33,396 bases of DNA from a virus (lineage: Duplodnaviria > Caudoviricetes). Position 1 is the first letter of the stretch; each line of letters begins with the position of its first letter. Under the pieces are notes generated by a model. It saw only the letters and a list, made by a program, of their open reading frames with translations, had not been told where the DNA came from and ran no database searches. Position numbers and translations under genes: made by a program. This document shows positions 23,902-33,396 of the stretch, piece by piece. The stretch lies in the IMG/VR virus record IMGVR_UViG_3300005404_000013, positions 1 to 33,396 of that record; one strand, 5' to 3'.

Positions 23902-25767
23902 ATGGCAAGAACAGTTCCAGGATCAGGTGCAGCAATTTCACCAGTCTTTAATAGTACGTTTGGTGTTAAGGACGTTTTTGTGGTGTCTGGTGGAACTGGA
24001 TACACTGCTTCCGATCCACCAAAATTAATTATTTCAAATTGTGGTACTCCTGTTCGTGATGCAGTATTACGTCCTGTCATCAATAATGCTGGAGAGATTC
24101 AATCTGTAGAAATTATTGATCCAGGTGAAGGATATGATCCATTAAGACTTGTAGTTGAAAGTACTGATGCTGGTGCTTTTGGTGCTGATGCTGATCTGTT
24201 TTTAAAGGAAGATGGTAGCGTTGATCTGATACAGATGCGTACCAATGGTGATGGTTATTTTGGTGGTACTACAGCGAAATTAGAAGGTGGTGGTGGAGCA
24301 GGTGCAGAATTGGTACCTGTTACTGGATTTGTTACTGGTTTATCATTAGAGAATCAAGGTAGAAATTATAGTAGAGATGATGTAACTATAGTTATTAGTG
24401 GTGGTGGAGGTGAAGGTGCCACTGGTATTGCTGAGGTTAATGAGTTTGGTAAATTAGAAAATATAACAATTAGTAATGAAGGTGAGTTCTTTGAAACTCC
24501 ACCTATTATTCAAATTATTGGTGGAGGTGGTAGTGGTGCTACTGCTGAAGCAGAGATTAATCTTGGTAAGATTACAGATATTACTATCACCAATCCTGGT
24601 GGTGGATATAGTCCTGATCCATTAAAGGCACCTGATATAATCTTTACCAGAAATACAAACTTAATAAGAACAACAAGAAATCGTCAATCTTTAAATTCAG
24701 TAGTATATAACGTTACTGGTCTTACTAAAGATGTTGCTGTTTCTGATGTAACTATTAACGTTGAAACTACTAATGCATTTCCTGGTTCTGGAAAAGCGTT
24801 AATAGGGAAAGAACTTTTTCGGTATACTTCTAAAACTGCTACCCAATTTAAGGGAGTTAGTAGAGGTATTAATTTTAAATATGATCAAAAGGTAACGTTA
24901 GATACATTGCAGGATGATCCTGGGACTGGAATAACTGGATATTCATTTACTATTAATGACAGAGTTCGTCGTGTACAAGAGAATAGTGATAATAAAATTG
25001 CTATTGTATATGACTGGAGACCTGCAACTAGAGATCTATATCTAGTATTCCAAGTAGATGAACTTGCATTTATTGATGCAGGTCGTTCTCAGACAGAGGC
25101 ATCAATCGTTGCATTCGTTGCTGGTGTTGCATCATCTACTGCTACTGGTGTTGAACCACATGTATTAGTTGATTCTAATGGTGATGAGATCATACTCTTC
25201 ACTGATCCTTTAACGGTATTCCCGAATAAGAAATTTGAAGATGATGATGAACTGTCTGGTGCTGGTGATGGTATTCCTGACCTGGTAAATACTGGTACAG
25301 ATTTTGAATATGAAACCAGTCTAGACGGTGGTATTGCATCTTCATTATATGGTATTGAAGAAACAGTTGGTGGACAGAATACAACATTACTAGCAGTTGG
25401 TGATTCCATCTATGATGGTAGTCAATCACAACTAGTTGCCTCAGTTCAGTCTGCTGGTCAACTTGGTGATGGTGAAATTCATCTTGCGACATATACGATA
25501 TCAAGTAAGACTTGGCCAGTTACAACACCTTTTCAGGTTAACGAAACTGTTTCTGGTTCTACTTCAGGGGTTACTGCTGTTGTAACTAGTTGGACTCCTG
25601 CTTCTGCTTCAGGACAATTTTCATACTTAGGTTTGAAAACTCCTACGAATAATGGAGCAAATTATCAATTCACTACAGCAGAAAATGTTGTTGGTGGAAC
25701 ATCTGGTGCATCTATAAAACCTTGGGAGATTAGTTATGATTCCGAGTTGAGAAACGAACCAGAGTAA
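23902..25767 (+). CDS. Gly-rich virion structural protein (cyanophage-type, GxGY/GGGG-xGA repeats)
   Basis: 621-aa ORF tightly coupled to the upstream gene (TAATATG). Repeated 'I.I.NxGxGY..P.I.I.GGGG.GA.A' units and 'F..xE.V.G.TSG' units typical of T4-like baseplate proteins. Confidence 0.8.
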   Translation: MARTVPGSGAAISPVFNSTFGVKDVFVVSGGTGYTASDPPKLIISNCGTPVRDAVLRPVINNAGEIQSVEIIDPGEGYDPLRLVVESTDAGAFGADADLFLKEDGSVDLIQMRTNGDGYFGGTTAKLEGGGGAGAELVPVTGFVTGLSLENQGRNYSRDDVTIVISGGGGEGATGIAEVNEFGKLENITISNEGEFFETPPIIQIIGGGGSGATAEAEINLGKITDITITNPGGGYSPDPLKAPDIIFTRNTNLIRTTRNRQSLNSVVYNVTGLTKDVAVSDVTINVETTNAFPGSGKALIGKELFRYTSKTATQFKGVSRGINFKYDQKVTLDTLQDDPGTGITGYSFTINDRVRRVQENSDNKIAIVYDWRPATRDLYLVFQVDELAFIDAGRSQTEASIVAFVAGVASSTATGVEPHVLVDSNGDEIILFTDPLTVFPNKKFEDDDELSGAGDGIPDLVNTGTDFEYETSLDGGIASSLYGIEETVGGQNTTLLAVGDSIYDGSQSQLVASVQSAGQLGDGEIHLATYTISSKTWPVTTPFQVNETVSGSTSGVTAVVTSWTPASASGQFSYLGLKTPTNNGANYQFTTAENVVGGTSGASIKPWEISYDSELRNEPE

Positions 25768-25772
25768 ACTCA

Positions 25773-25780
25773 CATAAATA
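25773..25780 (+). promoter_or_regulatory. T4-type late promoter (CATAAATA) upstream of gp8
   Basis: NATAAATA lies in the 35-nt intergenic gap, 22 nt before the ATG at 25803. Confidence 0.7.
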
Positions 25781-25802
25781 AAAAGAAGGTAAACGCAGCT
25801 AA

Positions 25803-27338
25803 ATGGCACTACTTACTGACCAATTTAGAATTTTTACTGCCAATAAGTTCATTAAGGCTTTAGAAGGACCAGATCCAATACAGTCTGATGCTGCTGCTGG
25901 TGCCAGTAGAGATCGTCTATACGTCTTCATAGGAAGACCTCAAACGTGGGATAATGAAAATAATCCACCTACTCCTGTAGATTCCTTTCAGGAATTTTCG
26001 GATGTCTATGATGACCTGATATCACTCAAACGTGTTCTAGCGAATGATGTAATTCAAGTTATTAGACGTGTTGACTGGACTCCTCCAGAACAGACCACTG
26101 GTGGTCTGGGTTACGTATATGATATGTATCGTCATGATTATTCCTCGACTAAGACCGCATCTTCGGGTGCTACGAAATTATACGACGCAGATTTCTTCGT
26201 TGTTAACTCGTCCTATCAAGTTTACAAGTGCATTTACAACGGCACATCTCCTTCTGATCCTAACGGTAAACCTTCTACTATTGAACCTACAGGAACGTCC
26301 ACCAGCATTATCACAACTGCTGATGGCTACCGTTGGAAGTATATGTACACGATCCCTGTTGGTCAAGTCCTAAAATTCTTCTCTAACGAGTATATGCCTG
26401 TACTATCTGACACTGCTGTTGTGTCTGATGCTGTGGGTGGTGAAATTGATACTGTTGTTATTCAGGCATCTGGTGCTGGATATAACAATGGTACTTATGA
26501 AAACGTCTCTATAAAAGGTGACGGTACTGGTGGTCGTGTTTCCATTGTTGTAGATGGTGGTAAAGTTGTTTCTGCAACTGTAACATCTGGTGGTTCTGGA
26601 TACACATTTGGTAAAGTTATTATTGATGAGATCAATGGTATTGGTGCTGGAACTGGTTCTGGTGCTGCTATTGATGTTATTGTTCCACCTATCAATGGTC
26701 ATGGTTCAGTACCATCCATTGAACTTGGTGCTTATCGTGTGATGATTAACACGAAGTTCACCTACGCTGAGGGTTCAGGTGACTTCCCAACTGATAACGA
26801 CTACCGTCGTATTGGTCTTGTTATGAATCCTGACAGGTTTGGTACTACCGAATTGGTAGCAGATCTAACTTTGTCTGGTACAAATGCAGCAATATTCTCA
26901 CCTACATTCACTGGTCAGTTCCAAACTGATGAAATCATTACTCAATCTCGTACCGTTGGTGGTCAGCAGGTAACTGCAAGAGGTAGAGTTATTTCTTGGA
27001 ACAGTACTACAAAGGTTTTGAAGTACTATCAGAACAGAGTTGACGGTGTGTTCCCTGAAATTACAGGTAACCTAGTTGACTTTGAAGGTGGTAACGCAAT
27101 AGTTGGTGCTACATCTGGTACATCAGGTGACCCCGACATTAACTTCCCAATCATTGCTGGTTCATCAACCCGTGTTATTAACAACACTGAATATGATTTG
27201 GGTATGTCATTTACTAATGGTTATGCCACTCCTGAGATTCAACCAAACTCAGGTGACGTAATTTACATAGATAATAGGAGTGCGATCTCTCGTGCTGGTG
27301 ACCAAATCGAAGATATCAAGATCGTAATCGAGTTTTAA
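25803..27338 (+). CDS. gp8: Baseplate wedge subunit gp8
   Basis: LYVFIGRPQTWDNENNPPTPVD, VIRRVDW, VYKC, PSTIEPTG...DGYRWKYMYTI, YRRIGL..NP and SGDVIYIDNR..I.R..DQIEDIKIVIEF are T4 gp8 family motifs. Confidence 0.92.
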   Translation: MALLTDQFRIFTANKFIKALEGPDPIQSDAAAGASRDRLYVFIGRPQTWDNENNPPTPVDSFQEFSDVYDDLISLKRVLANDVIQVIRRVDWTPPEQTTGGLGYVYDMYRHDYSSTKTASSGATKLYDADFFVVNSSYQVYKCIYNGTSPSDPNGKPSTIEPTGTSTSIITTADGYRWKYMYTIPVGQVLKFFSNEYMPVLSDTAVVSDAVGGEIDTVVIQASGAGYNNGTYENVSIKGDGTGGRVSIVVDGGKVVSATVTSGGSGYTFGKVIIDEINGIGAGTGSGAAIDVIVPPINGHGSVPSIELGAYRVMINTKFTYAEGSGDFPTDNDYRRIGLVMNPDRFGTTELVADLTLSGTNAAIFSPTFTGQFQTDEIITQSRTVGGQQVTARGRVISWNSTTKVLKYYQNRVDGVFPEITGNLVDFEGGNAIVGATSGTSGDPDINFPIIAGSSTRVINNTEYDLGMSFTNGYATPEIQPNSGDVIYIDNRSAISRAGDQIEDIKIVIEF

Positions 27339-27341
27339 AAA

Positions 27342-30300
27342 ATGCCACAGAATACCAACCTTAATATAAGTCCGTATTTTGACGACTTCGATAAGGATAA
27401 AAACTTTTACAGAGTACTCTACCGCCCAGGATTCCCAATCCAAGCGAGAGAACTTACTACCATGCAATCGATTCTGCAGAATCAGATTGAATCAATGGGT
27501 CAGCACTTCTTTAAAGAAGGCTCGATGGTCATTCCAGGTCAGATTGGTTATGACCTAGATGTTAAAGCAGTTATTCTACAACAGAACTTCTTAGGAGTTA
27601 ACGTTGAGAATTATCGTAATCAACTTACAGGACAAGTAATTACTGGTGTTACTTCTGGTGTTAAGGCAAAGGTATTATATTCAATTCCTGCAACGGAATC
27701 TACTAAAGGTTATATAACGTTATATGTAAAATATATTGACTCTGGTGATACTGTTTCTGCTGAGACAGTTAAAGGATTTATTGATAATGAGCAGTTATAT
27801 GCTGAGAATGAAATAACATTTGGTACTACTTTGATCGAAGTAAGTTCACCATTTGCTCAGTTATTACCTGCAAATGCAACTGAAATTGGATCTGTTGCTT
27901 ATATTAATGCTGGTGTATATTTCATACGTGGTTATTTTGTTGATGTTCAATCAGCACACCTTCTATTAGATCAGTATACAAACAATCCATCATATCGTAT
28001 TGGATTAGAGGTATCTGAATCGATCATTACACCTGAAGATGACTCATCTCTAAATGATAATGCTGCTGGAGCATCAAACTACTCAGCACCAGGTGGTCAT
28101 CGTTTCCGTATTAAGACTGCTTTAACTAAGAAAGCAATCAATGATGATACAGATAAGAATTTTATTGAATTATTACGTCTAAACAATAGTAAGGTAGAAC
28201 AGTTAGTTACAAAGACTGCCTATTCAGAACTTGAAAGGACAATGGCACGTCGCACATATGAAGAGAGTGGCGACTATGTTATTGATAGTTTTGATGTAAC
28301 ACCTCGTGAGCATTTAGATGACCTATTTAACAATGGTGTCTTTAGACAAGGTACAACATCTAAGGATGGTGTTTCTGCATCTGATGAATATCTCGCTGTA
28401 GAAGTTGGTCCAGGTAGAGCATACGTTAGAGGATATAGAACTGAGTTCTTAACACCTCAGTATAAGTCTATTCCAAAACCAAGAACATTTTTGAGTAGAG
28501 AGAATGGAATTATTTCATTCGAACTTGGTCAATATGTCAGAGTATATGATGTATTTGGTAACCCACATCTAACTGGAGACGGTATTACTAATGCATATCA
28601 GACTATTGAATTGAGAGATGGTTGGAATATTGCTCCAAATGGTACTGCAAACTATTCAGATTACACTGGTACTGCCCAAGGAAAGATAATTGGTAAGGCT
28701 CGTGTAGTACAAATGAAGTTCTACAAGACTGATACCCAATTAGGAACAGATTTCCATAATCTATTCCTGTTTGATATTCAAATGTTCACCGCTATTAACT
28801 TCAAAGCGAATGTAACTTTGAATGACGGTGATCTAATTATCGGACGTACCTCTGGTGCACGTGGATATGTATTCCAAGGTGCAAATAGTGGTAACTATGG
28901 TGTAAGAGATTACGCATTACTCTATCAGATCTCTGGAGAATTTAATAATAATGAAGTTGTGACTCGTGATGGAAGAGTAGTTGGTGAAGTTGATGCTGTA
29001 TTCCCTTATCAATTTACTGATACTCGTTCAGTAGTGGGTAGAACAACAGGTAATGCTATTATATTTGGTGCTAGTTTAGCAATGAACGATCAGTATCAGA
29101 TCGATTGCTATAACGTTATTGTTGATCAAGCAGGTAATAATAGAATTGAAGGATTTGGATCTAACTTTGGTACAGAGTTGAGACCAGGTGAAGTTATTCG
29201 TGTAGTTGGTACAACCCAAAAAGCAGAAAAAACCCTAAGACTTCGTAGTATTGATGATACAAACATCAACCTGAGTGCTGCAAACTCTGGTACTGGTGCT
29301 TCTAACATCATTTTTGACTATGCACAACAACATGCACTCCTTGGAACTGGTAAAGGAACAACACCAGATGGAGATTATACACAGGGTACTGTAGTTAGAA
29401 TGCGTCCTTATGTCTTTAATAAGGATTATCAGAATGGTGAACTATCAATTGACTTACCATATCGTTCAATGAAATCATTGGATGATGAATCATTCTATGT
29501 TTACAGATCATTCATTAACAAGGTTGTAAGTAACGGTGACATCACTATTACTCTACCTGAATCAGAAGCATTTGCTGCTCTAGCAAAAGGTGATTACACT
29601 GTAACAATTGCTGCTCAGTCTGGTTCTGCTTATGTTGTTGGACAAATTTTAGATCTAGACACAGAGGATACTGCTGGTAATCTTACAGTAACCTTTGGTG
29701 CAGAAAGACAGTCTGTATCTATTGCTGGTCTTACTAACGTTACCCAGATTCATTTAAATGCATTGGTGTCTAAGAACACTGTTGCACGTAAGATTAAGAC
29801 TGCATCTAAGATGCGTGTTTTAAAGGTAATTAAAACAGACAAACAAGATGATGTTCTTAAGTTTGGTCTTGCATATGGTAACCTTTATGGTACACGTATT
29901 GAAGATAAAGAGATATCATTTGGTTTAAATGATGTCTATAAGATTCATGCTGTTTATGAATCTGCTGATGAGAACGATGCTCAAGTACCATATGTTGTAC
30001 TAGATGAATCTACTTTCTTTGATATTGGAAGTGTGATCATTGGTCGTACTTCAGGTGCAAGAGCAAGAGTAATATCATTCGTTAACTCAACACTTCGTTT
30101 GTATAACGTAGGATTAAATGAGATACCTTTCATTCCAGGTGAAATTATAGATGGATATGACGATACTGATGCTCCATTAACAGCATTGATTGATGACGCT
30201 GATGGATCTGTTGTATTGGGTGCTAAGAATATCACATCTCAATTTAAGTTGGATCCTGGTCAAAATTCACATTTCTATGATGTGTCTAAGATGATAAGGG

Positions 30301-33300
30301 AACCAAATACTGCTCCACCAACTAGAAGATTGATGGTGGTATTTGATTACTTCTTACATGAGCAAACTGGTGATTACTTCTCAGCACAATCATATACAGG
30401 TATACCATTTAAGGATATTCCCAACTATAAGTTAGATGGTAACATTAACTTCCTAGTTGACACAATCGATTTCAGACCTGGTGTTGGTGAACAGGCAGAA
30501 GGATCAGGTACAGTTACAGCACCATACTATGTGAACTGTACATCATTTGATTTTGATTCAAGAGAATTTAACACAACTGGTGGTCAAGGTGGATCAACCA
30601 TCTTTGACATCATGCGTGTAGAAACAGACTTCCGTGCTGACTACAGTTGGTATCAAGGTAGATTAGATCACCTATATCTTGGACATAATAACGAGTTAAT
30701 CGTTGCTCAAGGTAAACCAGGTGATGATTTGGTACCCCCAGATAAAGTTGAGAACGCAATGCTTATAGCAACGTTAGAACTTAAACCATATTGCTATGAT
30801 CCTGAAAGAGATGTAATTGTAAAACTTGAACAGATTCGTCGTTATACGATGAAGGATATTGGTGATCTTGAAAAACGTCTTGGTCAAGTTGAATTCTATA
30901 CTTCATTATCAATGCTTGAGTCATCTGCTGATAGTGCTAAAGCATATGATGAGAATGGATTCGATAGATTTAAGAATGGATATGTAGTAGATGATTTCAC
31001 CGATCATACTGTTGGTGATGTACTTAGTGAAGATTATAAGTGTTCTCTAGATTTCTCAGAAGGATTACTTAGACCTGCACATTATACAACTAACGTTGCT
31101 TTAGAGTGGAATGAAACTGCTTCTTCTAATGTTATTAAGCATGAAGGTAATATCATTACTCTTCCTTTTACGGAACAGAAGATTGTTGAGCAACCTTATG
31201 CTTCACGTCAAGAAAACGTTAACCCATTCAACGTATTCACATTCATCGGAAGAATAGATTTAACTCCATCATCTGATGACTGGGTTGATACAAATAGATT
31301 ACCAGCAAGAGTTGAGAACGTTGAAGGTGACTTCTCATCTGTTTCTGCTGATATGCAAGTTGACCAGAATGGTTTTGCACCTATTCAGTGGGGTTCATGG
31401 CAAACCAACTGGACGGGTGAATCATTAACATCAACAAATAGATTCCAATCACAATCTGGTACTTATGGTATTGGTCGTCAGTTAGGTCGTGCTGGTCACG
31501 GTCAACGTCGTCAAGGTCTATTCTATCTACATGAGCGTCGTACTTATCGTGTTGTTAATAACCAAGCACGTCAGGGTATTAGAAGTCGTGTGGTACCTAG
31601 GATTGATCGTAAATCTTTAGGAGATTCAATACTATCACAGACTGCAATTCCTTGGATACGTTCTAGAAACGTTGGATATAAGGTTGCTCGTATGAAACCT
31701 AATACTCGTTTCCATGCATTCTTTGATAATGTAAATGTTTCTACTTATCTCACACCTAAGATTATTGAGTTAGTTAAGGACTCTTCTGCAGATCCAACAA
31801 CTAATGAAACTCCATATGTTGTAGGTGAAGTAGTAGTTGGTCAAACTTCTGGATGTAGACTTCTTGTAGCACTACCTAATGATGGTGGACAATTCAATCC
31901 TTACACAGGAACAGAAACACTATTACCAGAATCATATGCATCGCAGACTGATATCTTGAATATTGATATCGCTGCAATGGCAGAAACAAAGAATCCTGAC
32001 TACTATGGAAACATTCAAGTTGGTGAAATTCTATTAGGACAAACATCTGGTGCTAGAGCAGTTGTAAAAGATCGTAAAATCATTTCCAATAATGTTGGAG
32101 AAGCAGCAGGTACCTTATTCATTCCTAATCCAGGAGAAGATGCAAACCCAAGATTTGCAACTGGTACTCGTACACTTAGATTTACTACTAACGAAGAGAA
32201 TAGTAAGTTACCTGGAACTGTTGATTCATCTGCTGAAACAACATATGAAGCAAGAGGAACATTACAAACTGTAAGAGAAAATATTCTTGCTGTTAGAAAT
32301 GCTGAGATTGTTCGTGACACTGTATCTGAAGATAGAGTTGTTACAACTACTAGAACTGAGGAACGTCAGGTTGGTTGGTATGACCCTCTTGCACAATCAT
32401 TCATTCTAGATGAAGATGGTGGTACATTTATCAACTCAGTTGATATATTCTTTGCAAGTAAAGATGGTAACATTCCGATCTCTATGCAGATCAGAACTAT
32501 GGAAAATGGTTATCCTACTGCTGCTATCCTTCCATTCTCTGATGTTACTTTAAATCCACAACAAGTGGAAACTTCTGAGAACGCAGCGATTGCAACGAAA
32601 TTTACTTTCCGTGCTCCTGTATATCTTAAGAAGTCTACAGAATATTGTTTCGTTCTATTATCAGACTCCAATGAATATAAAGTATGGATATCCCGAATGG
32701 GTGATGTTGATATTACTGGTACTAGAACCATTTCAGAACAGCCTTATGCTGGTGTACTCTTCAAGTCTCAGAACGCATCTACGTGGACTGCTGACCAATA
32801 TGAAGATCTTAAATTCACAATGTATCGTTGTCAATTTGGACCTAGTAACGGTATTGCAACCTTTAATAACTGTACACTTGGAAAAGGTAATGGCGGTGTT
32901 CACAATCTAATTGAGAATCCAATCCTTACACTTAAACCAAAACAGATATTAGATCTACCAACTGGAAACCTATCACTTTCTAGTGCTCCAGCATCATTTA
33001 CTGTGGGTGCAAGAGTTGTACAGGATCCTTCTGGTGCTCAAGGTACAGTTACAGAATTTGATACTACAGGAGCAAATCCTAAAGTAACGTTAACAGATAT
33101 TACAGGAACATTTGCTTCTGGATTTACTCAGTCTGGTGGTGGTATCTATCAAGTATTGAAATCATCTCAGTCTAAAGTAACCATTACATGTTCTGTTGTT
33201 AACCCTGCTACTGGTTTTGCTGTAGGAGATATTATTACTAATGGTGCAAATGCTGAAGCAGTTGTTACATCATTCACAGTGGGTACTGGTGTATTAGAAG

Positions 33301-33396
33301 CAAATTACGTTAAAGGTCTATTTGTTGATACTGACACTATCACTGGTGGTACTCCAACTGTACAGGCAAGTATCCAAGCAAGTGGAGTTGTCTATC
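27342..33396 (+). CDS. vrlC: VrlC/DUF4815-type large virion structural protein; 3'-truncated by the window (>2,018 aa)
   Basis: ATG at 27342 gives MPQNTNLNISPYFDDFDKDKNFYRVLYRPGFPIQARELTTMQSILQNQ. Later motifs: NYSAPGGHRFRI, ARRTYEESGDY, RRYTMKDIGDLEKR, DRFKNGYVVDDF, ENVNPFNV, GWYDPLAQSF, LFKSQNASTW..DQYEDLKF. The same frame reads open at the window end (..VQASIQASGVVY); it is presumably missing from the ORF track because it has no stop. Confidence 0.88.
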   Translation, partial: MPQNTNLNISPYFDDFDKDKNFYRVLYRPGFPIQARELTTMQSILQNQIESMGQHFFKEGSMVIPGQIGYDLDVKAVILQQNFLGVNVENYRNQLTGQVITGVTSGVKAKVLYSIPATESTKGYITLYVKYIDSGDTVSAETVKGFIDNEQLYAENEITFGTTLIEVSSPFAQLLPANATEIGSVAYINAGVYFIRGYFVDVQSAHLLLDQYTNNPSYRIGLEVSESIITPEDDSSLNDNAAGASNYSAPGGHRFRIKTALTKKAINDDTDKNFIELLRLNNSKVEQLVTKTAYSELERTMARRTYEESGDYVIDSFDVTPREHLDDLFNNGVFRQGTTSKDGVSASDEYLAVEVGPGRAYVRGYRTEFLTPQYKSIPKPRTFLSRENGIISFELGQYVRVYDVFGNPHLTGDGITNAYQTIELRDGWNIAPNGTANYSDYTGTAQGKIIGKARVVQMKFYKTDTQLGTDFHNLFLFDIQMFTAINFKANVTLNDGDLIIGRTSGARGYVFQGANSGNYGVRDYALLYQISGEFNNNEVVTRDGRVVGEVDAVFPYQFTDTRSVVGRTTGNAIIFGASLAMNDQYQIDCYNVIVDQAGNNRIEGFGSNFGTELRPGEVIRVVGTTQKAEKTLRLRSIDDTNINLSAANSGTGASNIIFDYAQQHALLGTGKGTTPDGDYTQGTVVRMRPYVFNKDYQNGELSIDLPYRSMKSLDDESFYVYRSFINKVVSNGDITITLPESEAFAALAKGDYTVTIAAQSGSAYVVGQILDLDTEDTAGNLTVTFGAERQSVSIAGLTNVTQIHLNALVSKNTVARKIKTASKMRVLKVIKTDKQDDVLKFGLAYGNLYGTRIEDKEISFGLNDVYKIHAVYESADENDAQVPYVVLDESTFFDIGSVIIGRTSGARARVISFVNSTLRLYNVGLNEIPFIPGEIIDGYDDTDAPLTALIDDADGSVVLGAKNITSQFKLDPGQNSHFYDVSKMIREPNTAPPTRRLMVVFDYFLHEQTGDYFSAQSYTGIPFKDIPNYKLDGNINFLVDTIDFRPGVGEQAEGSGTVTAPYYVNCTSFDFDSREFNTTGGQGGSTIFDIMRVETDFRADYSWYQGRLDHLYLGHNNELIVAQGKPGDDLVPPDKVENAMLIATLELKPYCYDPERDVIVKLEQIRRYTMKDIGDLEKRLGQVEFYTSLSMLESSADSAKAYDENGFDRFKNGYVVDDFTDHTVGDVLSEDYKCSLDFSEGLLRPAHYTTNVALEWNETASSNVIKHEGNIITLPFTEQKIVEQPYASRQENVNPFNVFTFIGRIDLTPSSDDWVDTNRLPARVENVEGDFSSVSADMQVDQNGFAPIQWGSWQTNWTGESLTSTNRFQSQSGTYGIGRQLGRAGHGQRRQGLFYLHERRTYRVVNNQARQGIRSRVVPRIDRKSLGDSILSQTAIPWIRSRNVGYKVARMKPNTRFHAFFDNVNVSTYLTPKIIELVKDSSADPTTNETPYVVGEVVVGQTSGCRLLVALPNDGGQFNPYTGTETLLPESYASQTDILNIDIAAMAETKNPDYYGNIQVGEILLGQTSGARAVVKDRKIISNNVGEAAGTLFIPNPGEDANPRFATGTRTLRFTTNEENSKLPGTVDSSAETTYEARGTLQTVRENILAVRNAEIVRDTVSEDRVVTTTRTEERQVGWYDPLAQSFILDEDGGTFINSVDIFFASKDGNIPISMQIRTMENGYPTAAILPFSDVTLNPQQVETSENAAIATKFTFRAPVYLKKSTEYCFVLLSDSNEYKVWISRMGDVDITGTRTISEQPYAGVLFKSQNASTWTADQYEDLKFTMYRCQFGPSNGIATFNNCTLGKGNGGVHNLIENPILTLKPKQILDLPTGNLSLSSAPASFTVGARVVQDPSGAQGTVTEFDTTGANPKVTLTDITGTFASGFTQSGGGIYQVLKSSQSKVTITCSVVNPATGFAVGDIITNGANAEAVVTSFTVGTGVLEANYVKGLFVDTDTITGGTPTVQASIQASGVVY

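Noticed and set aside
650-32910. About 30 short (60-110 aa) antisense and alternate-frame ORFs
   Set aside because: They overlap long + strand genes, have no recognisable motifs or start signals, and are the expected shadows of strongly biased codon usage.
1-33396. tRNA/ncRNA genes, introns, homing endonucleases, intrinsic terminators
   Set aside because: Intergenic gaps are only 1-35 nt with no convincing hairpin plus U-tract, and the long reading frames are uninterrupted.

Overview
The window is the baseplate/virion structural module of a T4-like marine myophage, most probably a cyanophage (Kyanoviridae-like). It is AT-rich, all real genes are on the + strand, and T4-type late promoters (xxTAAATA) sit at several gene junctions. 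Gene order: a giant gp7-like baseplate wedge initiator (>6,900 aa, open through the left edge), a YHYH + Ig-domain protein, a gp9/gp10-headed fibre with a C-terminal cupredoxin-like domain, a Gly-rich virion structural protein, gp8, and a VrlC/DUF4815-type protein (from 27342, open through the right edge, absent from the ORF track). Two features inside the giant gp7 stand out. (1) About 8 alpha-helical domains whose motifs line up with the phycobiliprotein (globin-like) fold, most keeping Cys at positions matching the Cys82/84 and beta-Cys153/155 bilin-attachment sites. (2) A recursively nested 'Russian-doll' architecture: 18 His/Cys-containing ~105-aa units inserted into each other's loops with complete last-in-first-out bracket matching (depth 9), the whole tree itself inserted into nested helical domains. 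All family assignments come from motif recognition by eye; no searches were run.
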